Origin: an uncultured Gammaproteobacteria bacterium
GTDB lineage: Bacteria > Pseudomonadota > Gammaproteobacteria > JAURND01
Assembly: GCA_963714975.1 (NCBI GenBank)
Contig: CAVQQD010000002.1
Span: 352,001-416,000, forward strand
Reading direction: 5' to 3'
DNA: 64,000 nt
How positions within the stretch are numbered: the first letter of the stretch is position 1; each line of letters opens with the position of its first letter. The notes under the pieces are model-generated. The model was not told the DNA's origin. It did not search any database and saw only the letters and a program-made list of their open reading frames with translations. The translations under genes were made by a program, and so were the position numbers. This document shows, piece by piece, positions 51,618 to 62,108 of the stretch.

Positions 51618-52623
51618 TTAACATTGTAAATGCATGTGGCAATAAATTTTTTAAAATATCGATACTTTCACTGACCGCTTTTGGCTTGCCTGGTAAAGCA
51701 ATCAGTAATGTACTGCCAATGGATCCTGCGAGACAACGACTTAACCATGAAAACTCAGTATACAGCTTAGCACTCGTGTAACGTAACAATTCACCAAATC
51801 CGGGAATAATACGTTCACAAATTGTAGTTAAAGCTTCAGGGGTAACATCGCGTGCAGACAATCCAGTTCCGCCGGTAGTGATGATTAATTGAGGTTTTTG
51901 TGCTGCCATTAAATATTTTATATGTTGAATCAAAGCGTCTTTGTCGTCTGGTAGTACAATATGATTAAAAACATCTGCGCCTAAAGCAAGTAATGAGTTA
52001 TTCAAAATAATACCTGATTCATCAGAATAATACTGGGCACTGGCACGATCGCTTAATGTAACGGTTGCTGTACGTATCCCGGTTAAGAGTAATCTTTGCT
52101 GTTCTTTTTTGGGGAGAAAATTTTGTAATGAAGCAGGAACGCCATCAGGATGCTGCCAAAAAACTGTTTTACCACCTTCTTTAATTATTAAACGAATATT
52201 GCTTAGCGTGATTGCAGGTTGGATCATTTTGGTTAAATCATAGATAGTCAATAAAGCAGCATTAACACCCGCGAGTGCTTCCATTTCGACACCCGTTTTC
52301 GTTGTGGCGATTACGATACAGTACACAATAATTTTACTCTCTTCTTCATTCAGTTCAGTTAAAATGCTCACGTGTTCAAGTGGTAATAGGTGACATAAGG
52401 GAATTAAGTCATAAGCTTTTTTAGCACCAGAGATACCAGCGATTTCAGCTAATACTAAAGCATCACCTTTGGGCAGTTTGCGTTTCTTAATCAGTAGGAA
52501 TGATTCAGAACCTACAAAAATTTCTCCTTGTGCTATTGCTTTTCGTAAGGTTGCTTTTTTATCTTTGATGTTGATCATTTGATATTGCTGAACTAATTTT
52601 GATTTTACAGAATTTTCCATCAT
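51589..52623 (-). CDS. moaC: MoaC-MoaB/MogA fusion
   Basis: LIPLCH, TGVEMEAL; then SDRAS...DESG, TTGGTG, LPGKP. Confidence 0.93.
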   Translation of the reverse strand: MMENSVKSKLVQQYQMINIKDKKATLRKAIAQGEIFVGSESFLLIKKRKLPKGDALVLAEIAGISGAKKAYDLIPLCHLLPLEHVSILTELNEEESKIIVYCIVIATTKTGVEMEALAGVNAALLTIYDLTKMIQPAITLSNIRLIIKEGGKTVFWQHPDGVPASLQNFLPKKEQQRLLLTGIRTATVTLSDRASAQYYSDESGIILNNSLLALGADVFNHIVLPDDKDALIQHIKYLMAAQKPQLIITTGGTGLSARDVTPEALTTICERIIPGFGELLRYTSAKLYTEFSWLSRCLAGSIGSTLLIALPGKPKAVSESIDILKNLLPHAFTMLNERNHDQLS

Positions 52624-52626
52624 GTA

Positions 52627-53598
52627 TTATCCACCAATTGAAGAAAAATTTGAATTGATACCAGTATCACCTTCTGAGAGAAAATGAGATATACGCTTAT
52701 TTTTAAGGTGATGAGTAATCATTTGTTTGAGTTGTGTCTTTTGTGAATCGTCCTTTAATAAAGCTCGCAGTGAATATCCAATTGAAGTGAATAAGCAAAG
52801 ATGCAAATTGCCTTGAGCTGAAACGCGCAAGCGGTTGCAAGTTGTACAAAAATCTTTGGAATATGGTGCAATTATTCCAATTTTTCCAAGATAGTCAGTG
52901 TGGCTAAACATAATGGCTGGGCCTGCATCCAAATTTCTTACATTACGTACCCAACCATTTTTAATTAATTGAATTTGAATAACGTCGGCACTTATATGAT
53001 ATTTTTTAAAATAATCGTAATTTGTACCTGTTTGCATAAGTTCTATAAAACGAATATCAATTGCTTGATGTTTGATGAATGCCAAAAATTTTTCGAGCTC
53101 CACATCATTAACGCCTTTCATTAAAACAACATTGATTTTAATCGCAGAAAAACCCACTTGTAGCGCTTTGTTGATACCTACTATAATACTAGCTAGCCGA
53201 TCATGTCCCGTTATTTTAAAAAATTTATCTCGATCGAGGCTATCTACGCTTACATTAATTGCATCTAATCCAGCTTGATGAAAAGCTCCCGCATAATGTT
53301 CTAATCGATAACCATTAGTAGTCAAGGCAATTTTCTTGATACCTGGAATGGCTGCAGCGGTACGAATAATATCAATCAAATCTCTTCTAACAGTAGGTTC
53401 GCCACCGGTTAAACGTATTTTATGCATACCCAGTTCAGCACAAGCACAGAGTAATCGGCGTATTTCTTCAAGCGTTAAAAATTGTTTTAATTGAGTCTGA
53501 TAACCATCAGGAAGGCAGTAATCGCAGCGAAAATTACAAACATCTGTAATTGATAATCGCAAATAAGGAAACTGACGACCGAAGCTATCTGAAAGCAT
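52627..53598 (-). CDS. moaA: GTP 3',8-cyclase
   Basis: CNFRCDYC, FCTTCNRLR, C-terminal IGG. Confidence 0.97.
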   Translation of the reverse strand: MLSDSFGRQFPYLRLSITDVCNFRCDYCLPDGYQTQLKQFLTLEEIRRLLCACAELGMHKIRLTGGEPTVRRDLIDIIRTAAAIPGIKKIALTTNGYRLEHYAGAFHQAGLDAINVSVDSLDRDKFFKITGHDRLASIIVGINKALQVGFSAIKINVVLMKGVNDVELEKFLAFIKHQAIDIRFIELMQTGTNYDYFKKYHISADVIQIQLIKNGWVRNVRNLDAGPAIMFSHTDYLGKIGIIAPYSKDFCTTCNRLRVSAQGNLHLCLFTSIGYSLRALLKDDSQKTQLKQMITHHLKNKRISHFLSEGDTGINSNFSSIGG

Positions 53599-53687
53599 AG
53601 TTGTTCAAATCCATTTTGATATGTTAAAGTGATAGGTAACTGCTCACCCCGCAATTTGGGGCTACAAAATTCATGCTATTACCAAAT

Positions 53688-53956
53688 CCTGTGGCCGTCA
53701 TTGCGAGGAGCCTGCGACGAAGCAATCCAGAAAAAAGCTTGGGTTACTGGATTGCTTCGTCGCAGGCTCCTTCTAATGACGCCACTTGTAAGTAGTTGAT
53801 TTACAAGGGAGTCATTTTTCATCTTAATTCCTTAGCGGTCAGAAACCCCGCCCTTTAGGGCGGAAGGAAGCGACTCACCCCGGCCTAAAGGCCGGAGACT
53901 TTATTGCTTTCCCCATTTTTTTTATGGGGTGGGAGGCTCGCAATGACGGCCACAGG
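53688..53956. repeat. Palindromic repeat containing a nested IS200/605-end mini-element
   Basis: 20-bp IR cctgtggccgtcattgcgag / ctcgcaatgacggccacagg; hairpins ccgccctttagggcgg and ccggcctaaaggccgg at 53838-53902. Confidence 0.75.
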
Positions 53957-54070
53957 AAAAAAGGTAAAATGGCCAAAGTTGAGAGCAATAGATCCATTAT
54001 ATTAACGGAATAAACTTATTTTGAATAGAGGCGGCAATTTGCTTAGAATTGCTGGAATAGAGGCAATCTC

Positions 54071-54862
54071 ATGAAATGTTTCAAAGTCTATATTTTATGC
54101 CTATGGATTATTAATTTCAGTATAAATAGCGTGGCTTACGCTGTCACTTCTTGTACTAAAAACAATACGGTACAAGTCGCGGTTACAGCAGATTTTTCGT
54201 CCACGTTTATAAGCTTATCTAGACAATTTATGCAGGAAACACATTATTGTGTGAAACAAAGTGTTGCTTCTACAGGCATACTCTATACCGAAATTACGCA
54301 TGGCGCCCCATTTGATATTTTTCTGGCAGCAGATACTAAAAGGCCAAAGTTGTTGGTGCAGCAAGGTTTGGCATCGCAACAATACTTGCGGACCTATGCT
54401 ATTGGGCATTTGGTGTTATTTGCACCACAACAAAGACCATTTTTAGTAGATAAAGTTCTCCATAGTAAAAATCTCCGACTTGCAATCAGCAATCCAACTT
54501 TGGCTCCTTATGGCCAAGCAACAAAAGAAACATTAATATATTTACGATTATGGCCACAGCTACAAAACCATTTATTGATGGCAAATGACGTGAATCAGGC
54601 TCTGATGTATGTGATGCAAGGTGGCGCAGACGCAGGCTTTATTTCTTTGGCGCAGATAAAACAAATGCAAGAAAAAAATAAATCTGATCATGATCTTAAC
54701 AATTACTGGCTGGTTCCTGAAAAATTGCATCAACCGATTGCGCAGCAAGCTGTTTTGTTAAAAACGGCTGAAAAAAATCCTGCCGCATTAGCTTTTTTTC
54801 ACTATTTACAAACAGTTTCAGCTACAAGCATCATCCATACTGCGGGTTATACTAGTATATAA
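54071..54862 (+). CDS. modA: Molybdate ABC transporter substrate-binding protein
   Basis: ASTG, GAPFDIFLAAD, APYG. Confidence 0.93.
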   Translation: MKCFKVYILCLWIINFSINSVAYAVTSCTKNNTVQVAVTADFSSTFISLSRQFMQETHYCVKQSVASTGILYTEITHGAPFDIFLAADTKRPKLLVQQGLASQQYLRTYAIGHLVLFAPQQRPFLVDKVLHSKNLRLAISNPTLAPYGQATKETLIYLRLWPQLQNHLLMANDVNQALMYVMQGGADAGFISLAQIKQMQEKNKSDHDLNNYWLVPEKLHQPIAQQAVLLKTAEKNPAALAFFHYLQTVSATSIIHTAGYTSI

Positions 54863-54864
54863 CT

Positions 54865-55545
54865 ATGAATAGTATTTTAAATTCATTAGAATTAAGTTTT
54901 CTGCTCGCAGTGATTACCACCATCATTTTACTGATCCTTTGTATTCCGTTTGCTTATTGGTTGACAGTCACCCAATCATGGTTGAAACATCCGTTGACAA
55001 TTATTACAACTTTGCCAATCGTATTACCGCCTACTGTATTGGGATATTATTTGCTATTATTGATGGGTAGCCATGGTTTTCTGGGCAAAATGTGGTTTGC
55101 TTTGACAGGTGTAAATAGTTTGGCATTTACTTTTCCAGGATTGGTTATAGGTTCAGTCATTTATTCCATGCCATTCGCAGTGCAACCATTACAATCTGCA
55201 TTTGAAAATAATAGTAAAAAATTTGCTGAGATTGCTATGACATTAGGCGCATCTCCACTGGATCGCTTTTTTTCTATCATATTACCACTTGCTAAACGCG
55301 GTATTTTAACTGCGACCATCTTAAGTTTTGCCCATACGATAGGAGAATTTGGCGTGGTTCTCATTATTGGCGGCAATATACCTAATAAAACGAGTGTTGC
55401 TTCAGTCACTATTTATCAAGCTATGATAGAAATGAATTATCAACAAGTAAATATTCTGTCGTTAATATTAATTATAATTTCAATATTAGTATTAAGTTTA
55501 GTACTTACCTTAAATAAAAAAGCCGCGGCAAACCTGTTATCATGA
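54865..55545 (+). CDS. modB: Molybdate ABC transporter permease
   Basis: LPIVLPPTVLGYY, FAHTIGEFG. Confidence 0.95.
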   Translation: MNSILNSLELSFLLAVITTIILLILCIPFAYWLTVTQSWLKHPLTIITTLPIVLPPTVLGYYLLLLMGSHGFLGKMWFALTGVNSLAFTFPGLVIGSVIYSMPFAVQPLQSAFENNSKKFAEIAMTLGASPLDRFFSIILPLAKRGILTATILSFAHTIGEFGVVLIIGGNIPNKTSVASVTIYQAMIEMNYQQVNILSLILIIISILVLSLVLTLNKKAAANLLS

Positions 55546-56417
55546 TCAGTTTAAAGATCAAGCATCAGTATCTGAAAGAAAAAAATCTACAACTGAATTT
55601 AGATGTAGAGCTACCTGTATCAGGAATAAACATGATTTATGGTCACTCCGGCGCAGGCAAAACGACATTATTGAAATGCATTGCTGGCATCGAAAAACCG
55701 TCTATTGCAAGAATTGCAATAGGAGAAACTGTTTTATTAGATACACAACATCATATAAATATTGCAGCACATAAAAGAAACATTGGCTATTTAATGCAAG
55801 GGTCACAGTTATTTCCACATTTAACGATTCTTAATAATTTGCTTTATTCGATTAAACGCGCGAATAAATGTAAATCACCAATGTGCGAAGCCTTTATTAA
55901 TATCGATGAGGTTATCGATTTTTTTTCATTAAAATCTATGTTACAACATTATCCACATCAGCTTTCAGGGGGTGAGCAACAACGTGTTGCTATTGCCAGA
56001 GTTTTACTTAGTAATCCTAGTTTATTATTGCTTGATGAAGCTATGACCGCTTTGGATAATTCTATCCAGAAAAAAATATTATCTTATTTTCTAAAGATTC
56101 AGCAAAAATATACCATCCCGATCATTTTTGTGACTCATGCTATAACAGATCTTGTGGCTGCTGCGCATCACGTTTTGATTTTAGAAGCTGGAAAAGTTAT
56201 CGCTCAAGGTAAATTCCAGTCAATGTTATTACAGCAAACATTCAGTCAGATAGTTGGCGAAACACATGTGTTAGAGAGTCAGGTCATTTCTCATGATGCC
56301 TTATTAGAACAAACGGTCATTTCTTGGAATAATAAATTTTTCACCGTACCACTGCTTGCTGCATCCGTAGGTAGTACTGTGCGTTTATGGCAATATTATA
56401 GTGGATCTGATGAATAA
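55542..56417 (+). CDS. modC: Molybdate ABC transporter ATPase
   Basis: GHSGAGKT, LSGGEQQR, LLLDE. Confidence 0.92.
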   Translation: MISLKIKHQYLKEKNLQLNLDVELPVSGINMIYGHSGAGKTTLLKCIAGIEKPSIARIAIGETVLLDTQHHINIAAHKRNIGYLMQGSQLFPHLTILNNLLYSIKRANKCKSPMCEAFINIDEVIDFFSLKSMLQHYPHQLSGGEQQRVAIARVLLSNPSLLLLDEAMTALDNSIQKKILSYFLKIQQKYTIPIIFVTHAITDLVAAAHHVLILEAGKVIAQGKFQSMLLQQTFSQIVGETHVLESQVISHDALLEQTVISWNNKFFTVPLLAASVGSTVRLWQYYSGSDE

Positions 56418-57378
56418 ACAACTTCAAGTGTGGAAATTTATTTCTAGAAGCTTACAACATGAGATTCCAGTGACGTTACTTTATGTGTTGGAAAGTTCTG
56501 GGAGTAGTCCAGGGCGACAAGGATTTTTTATGGCTGTCGATGCTGATGGTAAAATGGAGGGATCCATCGGCGGTGGTATCATGGAGTATCGCTTTGTAGA
56601 AATAGCGAAAAAAAAATTGATTAAAGATAAAAATTCAAGCATTCGCAAACAAGTTCATAATAAAAATTCAGGGAAAAATAATAGTGGCATGATCTGTTCT
56701 GGGGAACAGACGATTCTCATTTACCCTGTTAAACCATCAGATATTCATACGGTTCAATTGATCGTTGCTTCGCTCGAAAACCATCAACATGGAACCCTTA
56801 CTCTCTTTTCTGGTGGAATGCAATTTGATGACGTGTCCCCGCTTAATGATTTTTCATTCAAAATGTATTCGGACAATGATTGGGTTTATCAAGAAAAAGT
56901 GGGGTATAAAAATACTTTATCAATTATTGGTGGAGGTCACTGCTCACTGGCTTTTTCTAATCTCATGAGCCAAATGGATTTTTATATCAGAGTATATGAT
57001 AAAAGAAAAAATCTGAAAACCATGCTAGAAAACTATACCGCACATGAAAAACATATTCTCCCTCATTACACAGAATTAAATCACTGGATTTCTCCAGGAC
57101 AGAATCATTATGTTGTGATTATGACTTTTGGTTACCGCACAGATGATGAAGCATTGCGAGCTTTAGTAAATAAAGAATTCCGTTACCTTGGATTGTTGGG
57201 GAGCCAAAGAAAAATTGAAAAAATGTTTGCAGATTACAGAAAAGAAAATTTAGATGAACAATGGCTAAATGGCATTTACACTCCTGTGGGCATCCCGATC
57301 AAAAGTCAGACCCCAGAAGAAATTGCGATCAGCATAGCTGCACAAATTATTCAGGAAAAAAATAAATTTCTGCCTTGA
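56410..57378 (+). CDS. xdhC: XdhC/CoxI molybdoenzyme maturation factor
   Basis: GSSPG, GSIGGG, GMICSG, YLGLLGS, TPEEIAISIAAQII. Confidence 0.92.
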   Translation: MNKQLQVWKFISRSLQHEIPVTLLYVLESSGSSPGRQGFFMAVDADGKMEGSIGGGIMEYRFVEIAKKKLIKDKNSSIRKQVHNKNSGKNNSGMICSGEQTILIYPVKPSDIHTVQLIVASLENHQHGTLTLFSGGMQFDDVSPLNDFSFKMYSDNDWVYQEKVGYKNTLSIIGGGHCSLAFSNLMSQMDFYIRVYDKRKNLKTMLENYTAHEKHILPHYTELNHWISPGQNHYVVIMTFGYRTDDEALRALVNKEFRYLGLLGSQRKIEKMFADYRKENLDEQWLNGIYTPVGIPIKSQTPEEIAISIAAQIIQEKNKFLP

Positions 57379-57393
57379 TTCTAAAAAATGCAG

Positions 57394-60300
57394 TTAAAAA
57401 GTTAGCGAATCTGTCGTAATACCACAAAGTTGCTGGATTCGTTGGCAAGTCAACGGCAATTTCGCATCAATCCAATCGTCTTTTCCAGTTAATTCTTTGC
57501 GAGCATCCAAAATGGCATGTATCAGTGCAAAATAGACGGATACTCCTAATGTCAGCGTTGATTCAGTAAACGCTTTTGTTGATTTTACAGCTTGCTTTTC
57601 TGCTAAATGTTCTTTTGCATTGCGTTCAGGGTTAACCGGATGAAGTCTTGTACGAAAATCTATGGGAATCGTCTTAGTACAAGGCGGTTTGTAATTCAAG
57701 ATGTTGTCTGTAATAAGCCTTCCGTCATGATTGTAAATAAGTTCCTCTGTGGTCGCCATGCCAACACCTTGAACAAATCCCCCCTCTATCTGACCGATAT
57801 CAAGTGCAGGATTAGGTGTTTTACAACCATCACAAGTCACATCTGCACGAATGATTTTGAACTCACCTGAAAGAACATCGATCTCCACTTCGGTAACAGC
57901 AGCGCCAAAAGAGAAGTAGAGAAACGGCTTGCCCTGCGGATTTTGATAGGTCGCTCCCTTGTAGTGAGGAAACTTATAGGATTCCGCTTCAGTGAGATTA
58001 ATTCTATGAAACCATGCTTTGAAAACAATTTCCTTCCATTTTTCAGCCCAATGGGTACGCCAGTTTTCAATCCTTTCATTGGGTAGATACTGTTCCATCG
58101 TGGCACAGAACTCCTGGAGCCGCGCACGCAATGCCAGACAAGCCTTTTCAATAGCGCCGCCATTAAGATCAAAGCCTGTTTGTGCCGCAGTGGGAGGCGC
58201 GTTCGTGATAAAATCAGAGTTGTTGCCTCCCACCCTGATCCATTCGAGCGGAATGCCCAATGTGTTAGCAGCTAGTTGTGCAAGTTTGGTGTGAACACCT
58301 TGCCCCATTTCTACGGCACCATGATGAATAATCACAGATCCGTCAGCCATGTTAACACTAACAATCGCTGTTGATGAATTCAGTGATCCACGGGGTTCAG
58401 TAAAAGCTACCCCATGTTTTTGTGGCATCATCACAATGCCACGTTTTCTCCAACGATTCTGACGATTAAATATTTGAACGGCATGCTCACGCTCTATGAA
58501 ATTGGACGACTGTTTCAGTGCATCCCATATTTCACGTATATTGCAAAAGTCGAGCTCCTGGCCAAAGTGTGTTGTATCATAGGACTCTGGAGTGCCATTA
58601 CGATACATATTCTTTTCACGGATTTCTTCAGGCAAAATCTTACGCCCATGTTTTTTTGATAATTCAAATGCAACTCGTTCAATAGCACTTTCTAAAATGC
58701 TCCACATTTGCACCACACCAAACGTACGATAAGCGGTATTGCTGGTTTTGTTGGTGCGATAACAGGTTCCATTTGCTTGCAGAGTATTGACCATGTAACA
58801 ACCATCTGCCATAAGCAGACTCATCTCCATAACCGCTAATGAACAATCATAACTGTCCCCCGCCTCGCTCTTAAAATCTAAGCGCATCGCTTCAATTTTT
58901 CCATCATCAGTGAATGCCACATAATATTCGCCCTCATACGGATGATGTTTACCAATCATTTGCATATCAGTAGCCCGATCATACAATAATCGCACAGGGC
59001 CCTTGCATGCATGTGCCGCTACCGCAGCCTGCGCAGCAACGAAGTTCGCACGATGCTGCTTTCCACCGAAACCACCACCAATTTGTTCAATAATAATGGA
59101 TACTTGGTTAAGGTGTATGCCCAGGGCTTGAGCCACTGAATTTTGTGTGCCATTAGGACTCTGTGTGGAAGAATAAACGGTTATTTGATCGTATATACCA
59201 GGTATAGCAAGCGCACATTGGGTTTCTAAGTAAAAATGCGCAACAGGTGGTGTTTTTAGAGTACCCCTGACCACCATAGTATTAGGAAGTGGTTTTGATG
59301 GATCTTTAAGCCATTCTTGATTACTGCCTAAACGCTCTATCGTCGATATTTGTTGATGAATATCATCTTCAGGATTAATTGATGTCACGATCATTGGCAT
59401 CACTGTATTTTGTTTGATGGCATCGGCTAATGTAGTAACAGCAGGAAGATCTTCATAGTCAATGCACTCATCGCTAATGAATTGCACAACTATTTTTGCT
59501 AGAGGAAAGGTTTCTGCTAACACCATGCCAATTGGCGCCCCAACTGATGTTACCAATCCGTCGCTAAAGACAGGGTCATCATCTCTTAATCCGATCATAT
59601 TGCTTCCACCTTGCGGAATATCTGCTGAAGTCACCAAATCTTTAAAGCCAGGAAATTTTTCCTTGAGTAATTCTTTTAGCGCTGCAAGTCCAGCTGTTTT
59701 TTTTGTGAAAGCAAATTTTGCATGAGGACGGGAGCTGAATACCATAGCGCCATGCAATCCTCTCATAGGCAATGCAATATCTTGTGTATATTTTATTTCA
59801 CCGGTTGCCTGCACAAATGCAGTACGTTTAATGAATGGTTTGGTTAAGGGATACATCTCAGGATACTCGAAATACTCCTGAGTGCCTGTGGATAAAGGGC
59901 GTATATCATGATTGGCAGCTGAAATGTATTCCGATTTAACATCTTCTGGATTTCGCTTAAGTGCAACATGTAGAAAAAATTTGTAAAAAAAGGTTTCTGC
60001 GAGTTGCAATCGATATTGAGTTGTTATTCCCTCTTTCTCCATGGAAACGGTGAAATTCAACACTTCTTTTTTTAGCACTGGTAGTGCAAGACGTAATGTC
60101 TCTGCATTCCATTTTTTATGCTGCAAAAACTGTTCTGTTTTATAGCAGCGACGTACCATCGTATCTAAACCCCCATAAACGAGTGTAATTTCGTTGGGTT
60201 TTATCCTATTTTCTTCATCGAGACTCACACGAAAACCTGCATTAACAATAGGCTGAGCCAGTTGTAGACGACGTGCAATACGATAAGTTTGTAAATATTC

Positions 60301-61545
60301 TGTTTTTCGAGTATAGGGAATATCAAAGCACACAATGACAGCATCTTCGGGTAAAACTTCGGTTGCTGGCATATCAATTAAATCGAATTGCTTGCGACCT
60401 TTTTCATACTGAAAGGATGCAATTGTAATTTGAGTCCCTAGTACAGATAACACCGTAAATAAATCGGAAAGAAAAGCTTCTCCACGCGCGGCATGATCTC
60501 TTGTCATGAAAATGTTACCAGCGACGCTTCCAGCAGAGCGGATTTGTAATCCTGCAATAAATTGACCATGATAGACAAGTGATTCAAATCCATGTCCTTT
60601 TTCAGAACCTACTTCAGTCGCGACATTTGCTGCAAATTCAAGAAGCATCTGGATCGGCGTGACCGCCCCTACTGTTATGCCCATTTCATTTTGGACTAAT
60701 TGATTTAGTGCTTGAATACAAGAAATATCTATCAAATAAGGCGATTTTTCATTAGGATATATACTCGATGCTGTATTACCAACTATTAATTTTACGCTAT
60801 CACGCCCATGTGCTTTAACCAACTGTTTTTTGATACGCATAACTTCTTCAAGCGTATTGGGTCTGAACCACTCACAACCATGACCCGAAAAATGAAGTAA
60901 TCGTGGTGGTGAAGTAAAATCAGGCAATAACTTGAGATCAATATGCTTAAATTCGCTGTTGCAGTGAACCTCGAAGCATGGATCTATGAGACATTTTTGT
61001 GATTTATCATTTTCTACTTGATAATTGGAAGCCAGTGTACGCACTCCAGCCAAGATAGGACGATATCCTGTACAGCGGCATAGATTACCGCCATAAATAT
61101 TTTCCAATTCCTCCTGTGTAGCTGCAGGATGCTGCTGCATATAGGCATGCGTATTCATAACAAATCCTGGTGTACAAAAACCACACTGGCTGCCATTATT
61201 TTTTGCAATACAATATTGTGCTTTATCTAACCCTTGATGGACATTACCAATGCCTTCTATGGTTGTGACCATGGTTCCATCGACAGCGCAGAGTGGGTAA
61301 ATACAAGCGTTGATAGCACGGTGAACAGGCTCATCAGTGGATAAATTTTTAGACGATAACATGACTGTGCAGGCACCACAGCCTCCTCGTCCGCATGCAA
61401 TCTTAGTACCTGTTAAACCCACGGTGTGAAGGTAATGAGCAAGCAGCATGGTTGGATTAGGATTTGAAATTTCAACTCTCTCACCATTGAGCCAAAAGAT
61501 GAGCTGATTGGAATATGAATTGTTTGAAACACGGTCCTTGTTCAT
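57394..61545 (-). CDS. Single-chain xanthine dehydrogenase/aldehyde oxidase family molybdo-flavoenzyme
   Basis: CGRGGCGAC, QCGFCTPG, CRCTGY (2Fe-2S); FAD domain; GGGFGGK, EMGQG, DIGQIEGGFVQG. Confidence 0.93.
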   Translation of the reverse strand: MNKDRVSNNSYSNQLIFWLNGERVEISNPNPTMLLAHYLHTVGLTGTKIACGRGGCGACTVMLSSKNLSTDEPVHRAINACIYPLCAVDGTMVTTIEGIGNVHQGLDKAQYCIAKNNGSQCGFCTPGFVMNTHAYMQQHPAATQEELENIYGGNLCRCTGYRPILAGVRTLASNYQVENDKSQKCLIDPCFEVHCNSEFKHIDLKLLPDFTSPPRLLHFSGHGCEWFRPNTLEEVMRIKKQLVKAHGRDSVKLIVGNTASSIYPNEKSPYLIDISCIQALNQLVQNEMGITVGAVTPIQMLLEFAANVATEVGSEKGHGFESLVYHGQFIAGLQIRSAGSVAGNIFMTRDHAARGEAFLSDLFTVLSVLGTQITIASFQYEKGRKQFDLIDMPATEVLPEDAVIVCFDIPYTRKTEYLQTYRIARRLQLAQPIVNAGFRVSLDEENRIKPNEITLVYGGLDTMVRRCYKTEQFLQHKKWNAETLRLALPVLKKEVLNFTVSMEKEGITTQYRLQLAETFFYKFFLHVALKRNPEDVKSEYISAANHDIRPLSTGTQEYFEYPEMYPLTKPFIKRTAFVQATGEIKYTQDIALPMRGLHGAMVFSSRPHAKFAFTKKTAGLAALKELLKEKFPGFKDLVTSADIPQGGSNMIGLRDDDPVFSDGLVTSVGAPIGMVLAETFPLAKIVVQFISDECIDYEDLPAVTTLADAIKQNTVMPMIVTSINPEDDIHQQISTIERLGSNQEWLKDPSKPLPNTMVVRGTLKTPPVAHFYLETQCALAIPGIYDQITVYSSTQSPNGTQNSVAQALGIHLNQVSIIIEQIGGGFGGKQHRANFVAAQAAVAAHACKGPVRLLYDRATDMQMIGKHHPYEGEYYVAFTDDGKIEAMRLDFKSEAGDSYDCSLAVMEMSLLMADGCYMVNTLQANGTCYRTNKTSNTAYRTFGVVQMWSILESAIERVAFELSKKHGRKILPEEIREKNMYRNGTPESYDTTHFGQELDFCNIREIWDALKQSSNFIEREHAVQIFNRQNRWRKRGIVMMPQKHGVAFTEPRGSLNSSTAIVSVNMADGSVIIHHGAVEMGQGVHTKLAQLAANTLGIPLEWIRVGGNNSDFITNAPPTAAQTGFDLNGGAIEKACLALRARLQEFCATMEQYLPNERIENWRTHWAEKWKEIVFKAWFHRINLTEAESYKFPHYKGATYQNPQGKPFLYFSFGAAVTEVEIDVLSGEFKIIRADVTCDGCKTPNPALDIGQIEGGFVQGVGMATTEELIYNHDGRLITDNILNYKPPCTKTIPIDFRTRLHPVNPERNAKEHLAEKQAVKSTKAFTESTLTLGVSVYFALIHAILDARKELTGKDDWIDAKLPLTCQRIQQLCGITTDSLTF

Positions 61546-61587
61546 AGCTGCTCAGGCATAGTAGAATTTTGAATAGGCCCTAGGCTC

Positions 61588-61763
61588 TTACTTAATCTTT
61601 TCTTCCTTAAATAACACATGCTTACGTACTTTTTGGTCAAACTTCATAAATTGAGTTTCTCGTTTACAAGACTTTTGCTTTCGGTTACATTCTTTTTGTT
61701 TCGGGTGCTGGTATAAAAATACCCTGTTCCAGCGGATGAAACGAATTTAATAATATCACGCAC
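61588..61763 (-). CDS. rpmG: 50S ribosomal protein L33 with an apparent 1-nt deletion near 61650
   Basis: MRDIIKFVSSAGTGYFYT...EKL, then out-of-frame FMKFDQKVRKHVLFKEEKIK*; downstream of rpmB; not in the ORF track. Confidence 0.88.
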
Positions 61764-61807
61764 GATTTAAGCTCTCCAGATGACTAGAGGCTGTTTCGAA
61801 AACAGCT

Positions 61808-62041
61808 CTAGATGATTTTGCCTTCCTCAATGAGCGCTAATACTTGCTCAATACCTAATTTATCAATCATACGTATACCCTTGGTAGATATACGCAATGT
61901 TACAAAACGCCCTAAACTTTCTACCCAAAACCGATGGGTCTGTAAATCGGGTAAAAACCGACGCCTGGTTTTATTATTTGCGTGGGAAACATTATTTCCC
62001 GACATGGGGGATTTTGCAGTCACTTGGCATACTCTAGACAT
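61808..62041 (-). CDS. rpmB: 50S ribosomal protein L28
   Basis: MSRVCQVT...[17 protein letters not shown]. Confidence 0.97.
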   Translation of the reverse strand: MSRVCQVTAKSPMSGNNVSHANNKTRRRFLPDLQTHRFWVESLGRFVTLRISTKGIRMIDKLGIEQVLALIEEGKII

Positions 62042-62108
62042 AGTCCTAGCCTCTTGTCTTATCTTAAAAAGGTTCCTTTTATATCAGAAGAATAATCCCT
62101 GTGTCAAC

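Noticed and set aside
53599-54070. Moco riboswitch or ModE box upstream of moaA/modA
   Set aside because: The hairpins are explained by repeat and IS-end families; I could not match either consensus by eye
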